Shown here piece by piece: positions 17,312 to 26,236 of a stretch of 32,000 nt of DNA (positions are counted from its first letter, which is position 1; every line of letters starts with the position of its first letter). Below the pieces are notes generated by a model. The model was not told the DNA's origin, searched no databases, and saw only the letters and a program-made list of their open reading frames with translations. The stretch lies in the NCBI RefSeq assembly GCF_000011805.1, contig NC_006841.2. One strand, written 5' to 3'. The position numbers and the translations under genes were made by a program. Origin of the DNA: Aliivibrio fischeri ES114 (GTDB taxonomy: Bacteria > Pseudomonadota > Gammaproteobacteria > Enterobacterales > Vibrionaceae).

Positions 17312-17344
17312 AAAGGATGGATAAATAGGAATTCTCCATCCTTT
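17312..17344 (-). terminator. Hairpin downstream of the TetR gene, separating it from the uhpT control region
   Basis: AAAGGATGGA (17312-17321) pairs perfectly with TCCATCCTTT (17335-17344) around a 13-nt loop. Only a short U-stretch follows on the minus strand. Confidence 0.4.
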
Positions 17345-17377
17345 AGAATATGGTTTTTTTATATATTAATTTATTGT

Positions 17378-18121
17378 TTATTCAATTAGTTCAGAGGACG
17401 TAATATCTTGTTCTAAGGGGCATTGAACGTCTATTAATAACTCATTAAGTTCTGTTGGACAAAGCATTTGCTCTTTTGTGATAGAAAATTTGGCCGCCAT
17501 AATTTGATTGAATAAGTTCCAATGTTGCAATAATAGTTTTTCTTGGTTATTTGCAAATTGCGGCCAGGTTTCAGACATCATTGGCGTTAAGCTAGAAGCC
17601 CCATGAGAAAAGATCAGCATTTGCCATTTTGTTTCCCATATATCGAGTTTACTTTCTGGATTTACTTGGTTGTATTCTTCAAATAAGTCTTTGAATATAG
17701 ATTCAAATTCACATTTTGTTTTTAAAAAATACTCAAGTAATGCGTTATCATCTTGTCGAATGGCATCGGCAATCATTTTGATTGGTTGTGGGTTCATTAA
17801 GGTGAATGCAGACAACTTAACAATGAATAAGTAGATACGATAACTCGGCGTTTTGTCTGTTGGCAGAGAAGCAATGATAGCGTGTAGATAGGTCTGCATA
17901 TGTTTATCACAAGCATCACAAATTGCTTTCCAAATCATATCTTTACTACCAAAATGGTGACGAATAAGACTATGAGAAACGCCCGCTTTTTCACTGATAT
18001 TACGCAGTGATACACGTTCGTAACCTAACTCACCAAACATCGTTGCCGCAACCATTAAGATTTGACATTTTGTTTGTTCAGCAGTTTCGGTACTTCTTTT
18101 TCCCTGCTTTTTCTCTGTCAT
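17378..18121 (-). CDS. TetR/AcrR-family transcriptional repressor (likely regulator of the adjacent RND pump)
   Basis: 247 aa. N-terminal TetR HTH (TKCQILMVAATMFGELGYERVSLRNISEKAGVSHSLIRHHFGSKDMIW). Divergent from the efflux operon. Confidence 0.9.
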   Translation of the reverse strand: MTEKKQGKRSTETAEQTKCQILMVAATMFGELGYERVSLRNISEKAGVSHSLIRHHFGSKDMIWKAICDACDKHMQTYLHAIIASLPTDKTPSYRIYLFIVKLSAFTLMNPQPIKMIADAIRQDDNALLEYFLKTKCEFESIFKDLFEEYNQVNPESKLDIWETKWQMLIFSHGASSLTPMMSETWPQFANNQEKLLLQHWNLFNQIMAAKFSITKEQMLCPTELNELLIDVQCPLEQDITSSELIE

Positions 18122-18296
18122 TACTCACCCTTAGCTTGTGCGTTAATTACCAATATATACGAATTAAGAGTTGCTAATAACTGTGATTTCTGAGCAGCTT
18201 AAGACGTATTGATGGCTTAAGCATATCAAGTTCAACGTCTAACGCGTACTTAAAAATGCACTTTTTAATTATTTTACTGCACGAGTGTAAAATATA

Positions 18297-18324
18297 TTGA
18301 TCTACTTCAAATTAAAACTATACT
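18297..18324 (+). promoter_or_regulatory. Candidate sigma-70 promoter of the RND efflux operon
   Basis: TTGATC (18297-18302), a 16-nt spacer, then TATACT (18319-18324), about 40 nt upstream of the first adaptor gene start. Confidence 0.5.
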
Positions 18325-18340
18325 GCACAGCTGTGTAGTA
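18321..18340. promoter_or_regulatory. Candidate TetR operator (20-bp near-perfect palindrome)
   Basis: TACTGCACAGCTGTGTAGTA has a perfect palindromic core CACAGCTGTG, with only one mismatched pair across all 20 bp. It overlaps the candidate -10. A related half-site pair (TACTGCAC..GTGTAAAA) lies at 18274-18292. Confidence 0.55.
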
Positions 18341-18363
18341 AATAATATTGAGTGGAGAACATT

Positions 18364-19437
18364 GTGCGAAAACAAAATATAAAACGCACATTCCTAGGTG
18401 CTGTAATAGCACTAAGTTTGTCAGGAATGCTTACTGGTTGTGAAAAAGCAGTATCAGAAACAACGGATCAAACGATTAAGCCAGTAAAACTGTTGTCAGT
18501 TAAAGATCTTGCTATGGCTGATTCTGATGCTTTTCTTGCGCGTATCGATGCGACGTATCGAGCGCAGTTATCATTCCAAGTAGGTGGTGAAGTTTCTGAC
18601 ATCAAAGTAAAGATGGGGCAAGCGGTAACGAAAGGTGAGTTATTGGCATCGCTAGATCCAAACGATCTGCAATTGGCATTAGATGCCGCTGACGCTCAGT
18701 TTTCATTAGCAAAAACACAATGGAACCGCGCTAAGAGTTTATACAGCAAGAAGCTAATCAGTACCAATGATTACGACCAGCGTGAAACGCAATATCAAGC
18801 GGCATTGGCAAACTATGAGCAAGCAAAAACAGATTTAAGTTATACCGAAATTCACGCACCGTTTTCAGGCATTATTTCTTACACCTATGTAAAACCACAT
18901 CAGATCGTAGGTGAAAAACAAGAGATCTTAAATCTTATTGATAATTCAACACTGGATGTATCAGTAACATTGCCAATTACTTATGTAGATTCTATTTCTA
19001 TTCCAGCGTTAATCAGCAGTGATATGTGGGTGACGATGGATAATGAACCTAACAATGAAATTAAAGGTAGATTTAAAGAGATCTCCACTCAACCCAATTT
19101 AGACACCAATAGTTATGAAGCCATAGTAACAATGACATTGCCACAAGGCCGTAATCTGTTAACTGGCATGACTGGCCAGGTTCATATACCTAAACAAAAA
19201 AGTTCTGATTATTTACAGTTACCACAGAGTGCGTGGGTAAATAAAGGCCTTAATCAAGGACAAGTATGGTTAATGAACCAAGAGACGAAAACAGTAACGA
19301 AAACAACGTTACCATTAAATGAGCAAGGATTAGTTATTTCTGGTTTACATGCAAATGATTACATCGTTATTGCGGGTGTTGATAGTCTTGTTGAAGGTCA
19401 AACGGTGAAAGCATGGCAGCGTGAGGAAGGTATTTAA
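18364..19437 (+). CDS. RND efflux periplasmic adaptor (membrane fusion protein) 1, lipoprotein
   Basis: The track ORF starts at GTG 18352. GTG 18364 has GGAG (18354-18357) 6 nt upstream and is preferred. Lipobox LSGMLTGC. HlyD/MFP-type hairpin and barrel regions are present. Confidence 0.85.
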   Translation: MRKQNIKRTFLGAVIALSLSGMLTGCEKAVSETTDQTIKPVKLLSVKDLAMADSDAFLARIDATYRAQLSFQVGGEVSDIKVKMGQAVTKGELLASLDPNDLQLALDAADAQFSLAKTQWNRAKSLYSKKLISTNDYDQRETQYQAALANYEQAKTDLSYTEIHAPFSGIISYTYVKPHQIVGEKQEILNLIDNSTLDVSVTLPITYVDSISIPALISSDMWVTMDNEPNNEIKGRFKEISTQPNLDTNSYEAIVTMTLPQGRNLLTGMTGQVHIPKQKSSDYLQLPQSAWVNKGLNQGQVWLMNQETKTVTKTTLPLNEQGLVISGLHANDYIVIAGVDSLVEGQTVKAWQREEGI

Positions 19438-20498
19438 TGAATCGTTCATTATATTCATTGCTTGTATTAACTTTGTTTATATTAACTGGTTGCCAAGAAG
19501 AAAATACAACAGAACAAAGTAAACCACTTTATATTTCAGGTTTTACTGTAAATGCGCCTGTGACTCAACAATTTCGTTCTTTCAAAGGGCAAGTTGTGCC
19601 TGCTGAGCAAACACCGATAGCATTTCGAGTAACGGGTGAAATCGAAGAAGTGTTGGTGAAAGCCGGAGATGTGGTTAAACAAGGACAACTGGTTGCAAAG
19701 CTAGAAGACAGTAAGGTAAAGCAAGCAGTTAATGATGCTAAGGCACAGTATTCGTTAGCGTCAAAACAGTACCTGCGTGGTAAAGAATTGAACCGTCGAG
19801 CTATGATTTCAAAAGCTGAACTTGATGAATTATTTGCGAATAGAGAGCTGGCTCAAGCGACGTATCGTGCGGCAAAAAATCAATTAGCTTATACCCATCT
19901 TGTTGCACCGTTTAACGGTAAAGTGCTTGATGTCTATAAAGAGCAGTTTGAACGAGCTGCAGCAGGCGAGCCGATTATGAATGTGTATCAAAACGATAAA
20001 GTGTACGTGCGTATTGATCTTTCAGATAACGTGTTAGCCATGATAAATCCTGAGACAAATCGAGATTCTTACCATCCGACGACAACGTTTGTTGGTTTAT
20101 CAGACTCTTACTCTATGAAGTATTTGGAGCACACAAGCGAGCCAAATGCTCAAACTCAGACGTATGAAATGTATCTATCTATGCCGCAACCTAATGTAGA
20201 GATCTTACCGGGAACCAGTGCAACAGTGAATGTTGATATGGTTGAAGCAGGGATCACTTCAATTGATGGTTATCAAGTGCCTGTGACAGCATTACAAGCA
20301 GGTCAAAAATCAGGTCTGTTCTATGTTTGGATCATACGTGATGGGCAAGCAACTAAAGTGCCTGTAACTATCCGCAAAATTAGTGGCGAAGGCGCGATTG
20401 TTTCTTCTGGTATCAAACAAAGTGATGTCTTAGCTAATTCAAATTTACGAAAGCTACGTGATGGTAAAAAAGTAATGCTAATGGAGAATCAACACTAA
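19437..20498 (+). CDS. RND efflux periplasmic adaptor (membrane fusion protein) 2, lipoprotein
   Basis: 353 aa. Its ATG overlaps the preceding stop (TAATG). Lipobox LFILTGC. MFP architecture, paralogous to the upstream adaptor. Confidence 0.85.
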   Translation: MNRSLYSLLVLTLFILTGCQEENTTEQSKPLYISGFTVNAPVTQQFRSFKGQVVPAEQTPIAFRVTGEIEEVLVKAGDVVKQGQLVAKLEDSKVKQAVNDAKAQYSLASKQYLRGKELNRRAMISKAELDELFANRELAQATYRAAKNQLAYTHLVAPFNGKVLDVYKEQFERAAAGEPIMNVYQNDKVYVRIDLSDNVLAMINPETNRDSYHPTTTFVGLSDSYSMKYLEHTSEPNAQTQTYEMYLSMPQPNVEILPGTSATVNVDMVEAGITSIDGYQVPVTALQAGQKSGLFYVWIIRDGQATKVPVTIRKISGEGAIVSSGIKQSDVLANSNLRKLRDGKKVMLMENQH

Positions 20499-23400
20499 TG
20501 AACATTGCTGAATATTCAATTAAAAATAAAGTCATTAGCTGGTTATTTATTACCATTTTAACGATTGGCGGTATTACTTCATTTCTTGATTTAGGACGCT
20601 TGGAGGACCCTGCATTTACGATTAAAGATGCAATGGTTGTTGCTACCTATCCAGGAGCAACGTCAAAAGAAGTGGAAGAAGAATTAACCTACCCGTTAGA
20701 AAAAGCGATCCGTAAATTACCTTATATTGATAAAATTACGTCGACCTCATCCAATGGCATGTCACAGATTATGGTGAGCATGAAAATGGACTATGGCCCA
20801 GATGAACTACCTCAAATCTGGGATGAAATGCGTAGAAAAATTAATGATTTAAAACCAACTCTGCCTCAAGGTATTCAATCTTTACAAATCATTGATGATT
20901 TTGGTGACGTGTTTGGTGTGATGATGATGCTTACTGGAGACGATTATAATTACGTTGAACTTAAGCGTTATGCTGACACATTAACTCGTGAATTAGAGCT
21001 TATTGATGGTGTTGGTAAGATCTCGATTGCGGGTGATCAACAAGAAATGCTGTTTGTAGAGATTTCGTTGGATCGCCTAGCTGCCCTTAATCTAGATATG
21101 AATACGGTTGCAGGCTTATTGAATCAACAAAACAATGTGGTTCAAGCGGGTGAAGTATTAGTGAATGGAGAAAGCTTAACGATTCGACCAAGTGGAACAT
21201 TAACTACTGTTGAATCGTTGGGGGACTTGATCATCCATGGCCGTGATACTGGTAATCTTATCCGTCTAAAGGATGTTGCAACGATCACTCGTGGTTTACA
21301 AGAAAAGCCGGGCAACATTATTCGATTTAATGGTAAAAATGCCTTAAATATCGGACTATCTTTTGCATCAGGTGTGAACGTGGTGGAAGTTGGTCAACGT
21401 GTCCAAGAAGAACTAACGTACTTAGAGTCGATAAAACCTGCAGGACTTGAGTTAAGCTATTTCTATAATCAAGCTCAAGAAGTTGATACATCTGTTCGTG
21501 ACTTTATTATTAGTTTAGCGGAAGCAGTAGCAATCGTTATTGTTGTTTTATTGTTTGCGATGGGGATGCGAAGCGGCCTAATTATTGGTGTGGTGTTACT
21601 ACTGACCGTGTTTGGTACGTTTATCTTAATGAGCTACAACAACATTGATCTTCACCGTATCTCATTAGGTGCGCTGATCATTGCGCTAGGGATGTTGGTT
21701 GATAATGCCATTGTAGTGGTTGAGGGGATTTTAGTTGGTCTCAAAAAAGGACGAACCAAAGTTCAAGCAGCTGCGGACATTGTAAAACAAACGCAATGGC
21801 CTTTATTGGGTGCAACAGTCATCGCAATTGCTGCGTTTGCTCCGATTGGTTTATCAGAAGATGCCACTGGCGAGTTCATGGGTGATTTGTATTGGGTGTT
21901 GTGTTATTCACTGTTTTTAAGTTGGGTAACGGCTATTACGATCACGCCATTCTTAGCTGACTTGTTATTAAAAGAAGAAGATAAAAACACAGGTGTAGAA
22001 GAAGACGCTTACAAAGGGTTCTTATTTACTGCATTTGGTTCATCGCTTAAGTTGGCATTACGTTTCCGTTGGTTAACAGTGGCATCGCTAGTGGGTTTAC
22101 TTGTTGTTGCGGTAATGGCGTTTGGTAATGTGAAGCAGCAATTCTTCCCAGCATCTAACACGCCAATGTTCTATGTGGATATGTGGATGCCAGAAGGTAC
22201 AGATATTCGTGAAACAATTAAGCAATCAGAAGCGGTTGAGAGTTACATTAATAAGCAAGACAACATTGAGTTTGTATCAGCGTCGATTGGTCAAGGTATG
22301 CAGCGTTTTGCGCTAACTTATCAACCAGAAAAAAGCTATGAAGCGTATGCACAATTTCAGATCCGAACCACAGATCGCGAATCAATGTTTAGCTTGTTAG
22401 AAAACCTAACCAATTCATTAGATCAACGCTTTGATAAGCCAACATTCCAATTCAAAATGATGGAGTTTGGCCCGTCTCCAGCATCAAAAATTGAAGTTCG
22501 AATTTCAGGACCAGATCCTCAAATCTTACGTAACTTAGCTACAAATGTTGAAGATATTATATTAACGGATCCAGGTTCGAGAAATATTCGACATGATTGG
22601 CGTGAGCGAACAAAGGAACTTACGCCAATATTTAATGAATCAAAAGCGCGTCGTTTAGGTATTTCAAAAGAAGACTTATCGAACACATTACAAATGGCGT
22701 TTGGTGGCTCTACGTTAGGTATGTTGCGTGATGGTACTCATACATTGCCGATCGTGACACGTTTACCAGAGTCAGAACGTGTGGATTTTGAATCTTTACA
22801 AAACGTAAAAATCTGGAGTCCATCGCTTCAAACTTATATTCCAGTAGATCAAGTAATTGATGGAGTAAATTTAGATTGGAGTGAACCATTGATTCAGCGT
22901 CGTGATAGAAAACGTACGATCACAGTAATGGCAGATCATGATTTATTAAGTGATGACACTCCAGCAAGCCTGCTAGCGCGTATTCAACCAAAAGTAATGG
23001 AATTACCATTGCCTGAAGGGTATGAGATTACGTGGGGTGGTGAATATGAATCGTCTAAAGATGCACAGGAGTCTTTATTTGGTTCATTACCAATGGGCTA
23101 CCTATTTATGTTTATTATCACCATGTTGCTATTTAACTCGGTTAAAAAACCATTAAAGGTGATTTGGTTTACGGTTCCACTGTCTATTATTGGTGTGGCT
23201 TTTGGTTTACTTGGTACAAACATGCCATTCAGCTTTACGGCATTTTTGGGACTATTGAGCTTAAGTGGAATGATTTTGAAAAATGGTATTGTTTTGCTTG
23301 ATCAAATCAACCTTGAATTGGCGTCAGGTAAAGATCCATACCTTGCTATCGTAGACAGTGCTATTAGTCGTGTTCGTCCCGTAAGTATGGCGGCATTGAC

Positions 23401-23563
23401 GACAATTTTGGGGCTTATCCCATTACTGTTTGATGCGTTCTTTAGCTCAATGGCGATCACCATCATGGCTGGTTTGGGTTTTGCTACCGTATTAACCTTA
23501 ATTGTGGTGCCTGTTATGTTCGCTATTTTATTTAAGATAAAGCCAGCAGCACAAACTATTTAA
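20498..23563 (+). CDS. RND-family inner-membrane efflux permease (AcrB/HAE1-type)
   Basis: 1021 aa. Its start overlaps the preceding stop. Typical N-terminus (MNIAEYSIKNKVISWLFITILTIGG), two large periplasmic loops and a 12-TM pattern. No outer-membrane factor gene is in the operon. Confidence 0.92.
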   Translation: MNIAEYSIKNKVISWLFITILTIGGITSFLDLGRLEDPAFTIKDAMVVATYPGATSKEVEEELTYPLEKAIRKLPYIDKITSTSSNGMSQIMVSMKMDYGPDELPQIWDEMRRKINDLKPTLPQGIQSLQIIDDFGDVFGVMMMLTGDDYNYVELKRYADTLTRELELIDGVGKISIAGDQQEMLFVEISLDRLAALNLDMNTVAGLLNQQNNVVQAGEVLVNGESLTIRPSGTLTTVESLGDLIIHGRDTGNLIRLKDVATITRGLQEKPGNIIRFNGKNALNIGLSFASGVNVVEVGQRVQEELTYLESIKPAGLELSYFYNQAQEVDTSVRDFIISLAEAVAIVIVVLLFAMGMRSGLIIGVVLLLTVFGTFILMSYNNIDLHRISLGALIIALGMLVDNAIVVVEGILVGLKKGRTKVQAAADIVKQTQWPLLGATVIAIAAFAPIGLSEDATGEFMGDLYWVLCYSLFLSWVTAITITPFLADLLLKEEDKNTGVEEDAYKGFLFTAFGSSLKLALRFRWLTVASLVGLLVVAVMAFGNVKQQFFPASNTPMFYVDMWMPEGTDIRETIKQSEAVESYINKQDNIEFVSASIGQGMQRFALTYQPEKSYEAYAQFQIRTTDRESMFSLLENLTNSLDQRFDKPTFQFKMMEFGPSPASKIEVRISGPDPQILRNLATNVEDIILTDPGSRNIRHDWRERTKELTPIFNESKARRLGISKEDLSNTLQMAFGGSTLGMLRDGTHTLPIVTRLPESERVDFESLQNVKIWSPSLQTYIPVDQVIDGVNLDWSEPLIQRRDRKRTITVMADHDLLSDDTPASLLARIQPKVMELPLPEGYEITWGGEYESSKDAQESLFGSLPMGYLFMFIITMLLFNSVKKPLKVIWFTVPLSIIGVAFGLLGTNMPFSFTAFLGLLSLSGMILKNGIVLLDQINLELASGKDPYLAIVDSAISRVRPVSMAALTTILGLIPLLFDAFFSSMAITIMAGLGFATVLTLIVVPVMFAILFKIKPAAQTI

Positions 23564-23590
23564 TTACTGCTATTTCAGATAACCTATCTG

Positions 23591-23632
23591 ACCAATCACT
23601 GTGTTGTATTATTCACAGTGATTGGTTTTTTG
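23591..23632 (+). terminator. Rho-independent terminator of the RND operon
   Basis: ACCAATCACTGTG (23591-23603) pairs perfectly with CACAGTGATTGGT (23614-23626), followed by TTTTTTG. Confidence 0.85.
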
Positions 23633-23661
23633 TTTAAAGTCCGCACTTAACCCTCCCTCTT

Positions 23662-24114
23662 TTAATGAAAAGCAAGACACTCAGATTTACCAGAACCTCG
23701 TAATGTTATGATGGTGTTGCCTATTGTTGGTTTATTAAATGCATCATCATTTAGATTTGCATTATTAAAGTCAGCACGATAAACATCAGCGCGATATAAA
23801 TCGACATTTGGCATTTGTGCATAACTGAAATCTGCATTACGTAAATCGGCGTCTCTAAAGCTTGCATTGTTGAGGTCGGCTTCTTTAAATATCGCATAAG
23901 TAATGTCAGCATCACTCATATCAGCGTCGCATAAGTTAGCGTTAGTGAAGTTAGTTCGAGTCAAATTTGCGCGATGAAGAACCGCGCCTTCAAGGTTAAG
24001 ATGACTTAAATCGGTATTATTTAAAACAGCACGTTCGCCTCCTTGATGTTGTAACCAAAGAGAGTGTTGTTGAAGAATATAATCAAGTTCAGTTTGAGTG
24101 AGTTTTTTCATCAT
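23662..24114 (-). CDS. Pentapeptide-repeat protein (150 aa)
   Basis: Tandem A(D/N)LXX-type repeats run through the protein (NLEGAVLHRANLTRTNFTNANLCDADMSDADITYAIFKEADLNNASFRDADLRNADFSYAQM...). It starts 5 nt after the ArsR gene stop. Confidence 0.85.
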   Translation of the reverse strand: MMKKLTQTELDYILQQHSLWLQHQGGERAVLNNTDLSHLNLEGAVLHRANLTRTNFTNANLCDADMSDADITYAIFKEADLNNASFRDADLRNADFSYAQMPNVDLYRADVYRADFNNANLNDDAFNKPTIGNTIITLRGSGKSECLAFH

Positions 24115-24119
24115 TGTGT

Positions 24120-24515
24120 CTACTCATTTAATTTTTTCTGCCATGTTTCTGTATCCGCTCCTAATATGCATTCACCATTTACTCGAAGTGACAATCGTAA
24201 TACACAACGTCTAGTTACCTCTTCAAATTCATCTTTTGGTAAAAATCGAACCGAATCTACCAATGCTTTACAGTGAGGAGCTGCTTGTTCTTTTAAAGTA
24301 TAAAATACCCATTTGCCTTTCTTTTGGTGGTTAAGAAGCCCTGCTCGATAAAGCATTTTCAGATTACGTGAAACGTTGTATTGAGTGTCACCAATGATAT
24401 CTAGTGCTTCAGCAACAGCGATACATTCATCGACATGAAGAAACAACCAAAACAAACGCAATCTATTGGGTTCTGACAGTGCTTTTAATGCGTCGATATA
24501 TTTTTCATCCATCAT
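24120..24515 (-). CDS. ArsR/SmtB-family transcriptional regulator with a C-terminal extension
   Basis: 131 aa. Winged HTH (LKALSEPNRLRLFWLFLHVDECIAVAEALDIIGDTQYNVSRNLKMLYRAGLLNHQKKGKWVFYTL). It lacks the classical ELCVCDL arsenite site. The ~45-aa tail carries 2 Cys residues. Confidence 0.85.
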   Translation of the reverse strand: MMDEKYIDALKALSEPNRLRLFWLFLHVDECIAVAEALDIIGDTQYNVSRNLKMLYRAGLLNHQKKGKWVFYTLKEQAAPHCKALVDSVRFLPKDEFEEVTRRCVLRLSLRVNGECILGADTETWQKKLNE

Positions 24516-24541
24516 GGGTGCTACCTTTTATGTTGATTATT

Positions 24542-24563
24542 GCGCCACTAACGGTAGTGGCGC
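24542..24563 (-). other. Perfect GC-rich intercistronic hairpin between the permease and ArsR genes
   Basis: GCGCCACTA (24542-24550) pairs perfectly with TAGTGGCGC (24555-24563) around a 4-nt loop. It lies 8 nt after the permease stop. No U-tract follows on the minus strand. Confidence 0.5.
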
Positions 24564-24570
24564 GATATGT

Positions 24571-25536
24571 TTATATTACGTATTGGAAGATGGCCCCACC
24601 GATAATCGCGGTAGTTAATACTATCCCCACAAAAGCGATGACCGCTTTTCTTTTTAGAACCGCTGATACTAGCGCAATTTCAGGCAAACTGGCACCAGTA
24701 CCACCAATAATTAATGCTAATGCAGCACCAAGTCCCATTCCTTTAGCTATCAATACATTAAGTAGAGGAATTGCCATTTCAATACGTAAGTAAAGTGGAA
24801 TACCAATCAGTGAAGCAATAACAATTGATTGGAACCCATCACCACCAACATATTTCTCGACTAAGTCTGCAGGTAAGTAAGCTGCAGAGAACCCACTAAT
24901 TGCTGCGCCTAGCAGAACGTATGGAATGATTCTTTTGAATAAAGAAAGCGCGCCATTCATTGCGTTTCGCATTCTTGATTTTGAAGATGGTGCAGCACCG
25001 CAAGTGTTGGGCTTATTTCCACTGCATCCTTTAGCTTTAGTATCTTCTAGTTCACCTCCTCGTTTAATCTCATTTCTCCAAGGTGATTTGGAAATTAAGA
25101 AACCACCAAGAACAGCGGCAGTGAATGTGACCAAAAAATAAACGATAGTGATCTTAAAACCAAATGCAGCATAAATCATGGCTAAAACAATGAAGTTACA
25201 CAATGGTGCTGAAATGATGAAGCTCATGACGGTACCAAGTGAAGCTCCCATTGATGCCATTGCCATCGTGACAGGTACAACAGCGGCACTGCAAAATGGA
25301 GTCAACATGCCGAATAAGGCGCCTAATAGACTTCCCCATCTATCATGTTTAGTTAACGTTTTCTGAAGCTTATCTTGAGGTATATATTCACGCATTAAGC
25401 CTGTTAGTACTGACACAATAGCAATAATAACGACTAAGCCTTTAGCAACATAAAAGAACTCGTTTAAAGCAATAGCTAGTTTCGCATCCAAAATTTGAAT
25501 CTCTAATAAGTAAAAGAAATGCAAATATAAGTACAT
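24571..25536 (-). CDS. COG0701/DUF318-type permease (ArsP-like family)
   Basis: 321 aa, polytopic. It has the family motif LTPFCSAAVVP. A central hydrophilic loop carries Cys residues (KGCSGNKPNTCGAAPSS). It is the first gene of a co-directional permease-arsR-pentapeptide string. Confidence 0.8.
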   Translation of the reverse strand: MYLYLHFFYLLEIQILDAKLAIALNEFFYVAKGLVVIIAIVSVLTGLMREYIPQDKLQKTLTKHDRWGSLLGALFGMLTPFCSAAVVPVTMAMASMGASLGTVMSFIISAPLCNFIVLAMIYAAFGFKITIVYFLVTFTAAVLGGFLISKSPWRNEIKRGGELEDTKAKGCSGNKPNTCGAAPSSKSRMRNAMNGALSLFKRIIPYVLLGAAISGFSAAYLPADLVEKYVGGDGFQSIVIASLIGIPLYLRIEMAIPLLNVLIAKGMGLGAALALIIGGTGASLPEIALVSAVLKRKAVIAFVGIVLTTAIIGGAIFQYVI

Positions 25537-25691
25537 ATGCGCATTTATGCAAGTGTTTTGTTTTTAAAAAATAGATAGGCAATACATGAGTTGATTTGTT
25601 TTCATGTGTTAATACTATATTTTGAGTGATAACTCTGTATAATTCGCCGCCTATTCACCCTGTTTGAACAACCGATACTTAGGAACTCGTT

Positions 25692-26108
25692 ATGATGACT
25701 GATGAAGAAAGAATTGAACTGCAACAAAACAACCCATTACACGGTCTTAAGTTAGAAACCTTGCTACAAGAGTTGGTTGATTTTTACGGTTGGGAAATTC
25801 TAGATACAGCAATGCGTTTGAACTGTTTTAATACGAACCCATCAGTTGCAAGTAGTGTTAAATACCTAAAGAAAACAGAATGGGCGAGAGAGAAGCTAGA
25901 AAACTTTTACCTGTACCGTTTTAAGCGTATGCCTCGTGCATCTAACCTTGAATATGACAAACCGCCACGTGCTCGTACATTCCCGCATGGTCTTGAACCA
26001 AAAGAGCCAATGGAACTGACGGTTGATTCGATTTTGAAATCACAAGCAAAAGCGGCATCAGCGCATAAAGCTCGTACTTCTAACCGCGGTGGTAACTACC
26101 GTCGCTAA
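25692..26108 (+). CDS. VF530/DUF2132-family putative DNA-binding protein with a basic C-terminal tail
   Basis: 138 aa. AGGAA lies 6 nt upstream of the ATG. The core NNPLHGLKLETLLQELVDFYGWEILDTAMRLNCFNTNPSVASSVKYLKKTEWAREKLENFYL matches the VF530 four-helix family as I remember it. Confidence 0.75.
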   Translation: MMTDEERIELQQNNPLHGLKLETLLQELVDFYGWEILDTAMRLNCFNTNPSVASSVKYLKKTEWAREKLENFYLYRFKRMPRASNLEYDKPPRARTFPHGLEPKEPMELTVDSILKSQAKAASAHKARTSNRGGNYRR

Positions 26109-26152
26109 GAGAATCGTCGTTAATTGAAGATGGTTTTTAACTAGATATAAAA

Positions 26153-26192
26153 TAAAAAAGCCAAACTGGGTTATCCAAGTTTGGCTTTTTTG
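26153..26192. terminator. Bidirectional rho-independent terminator between convergent genes
   Basis: GCCAAACT (26160-26167) pairs with AGTTTGGC (26178-26185). An A-run lies upstream and a T-run downstream (AAAAAAGCCAAACT...AGTTTGGCTTTTTT). Confidence 0.8.
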
Positions 26193-26236
26193 TGCTTATT
26201 ATTTAACGATGATTTCGCTAAGTAAGTTAGTACCTA

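Noticed and set aside
23662-24114. Pentapeptide-repeat protein as a Qnr-type quinolone-resistance determinant (Vibrionaceae are a known Qnr reservoir)
   Set aside because: Only 150 aa, versus about 215-220 aa for Qnr proteins as I recall them. It lacks the two-domain layout and has an unrelated C-terminal tail. The sequence alone gives no basis for a resistance call.
24404-24793. 129-aa + strand ORF spanning the ArsR-permease junction, and other + strand ORFs at 24064-24276, 24926-25141 and 25178-25366
   Set aside because: All are antisense to convincing minus-strand genes and have membrane-shadow or low-complexity translations. None has an RBS.
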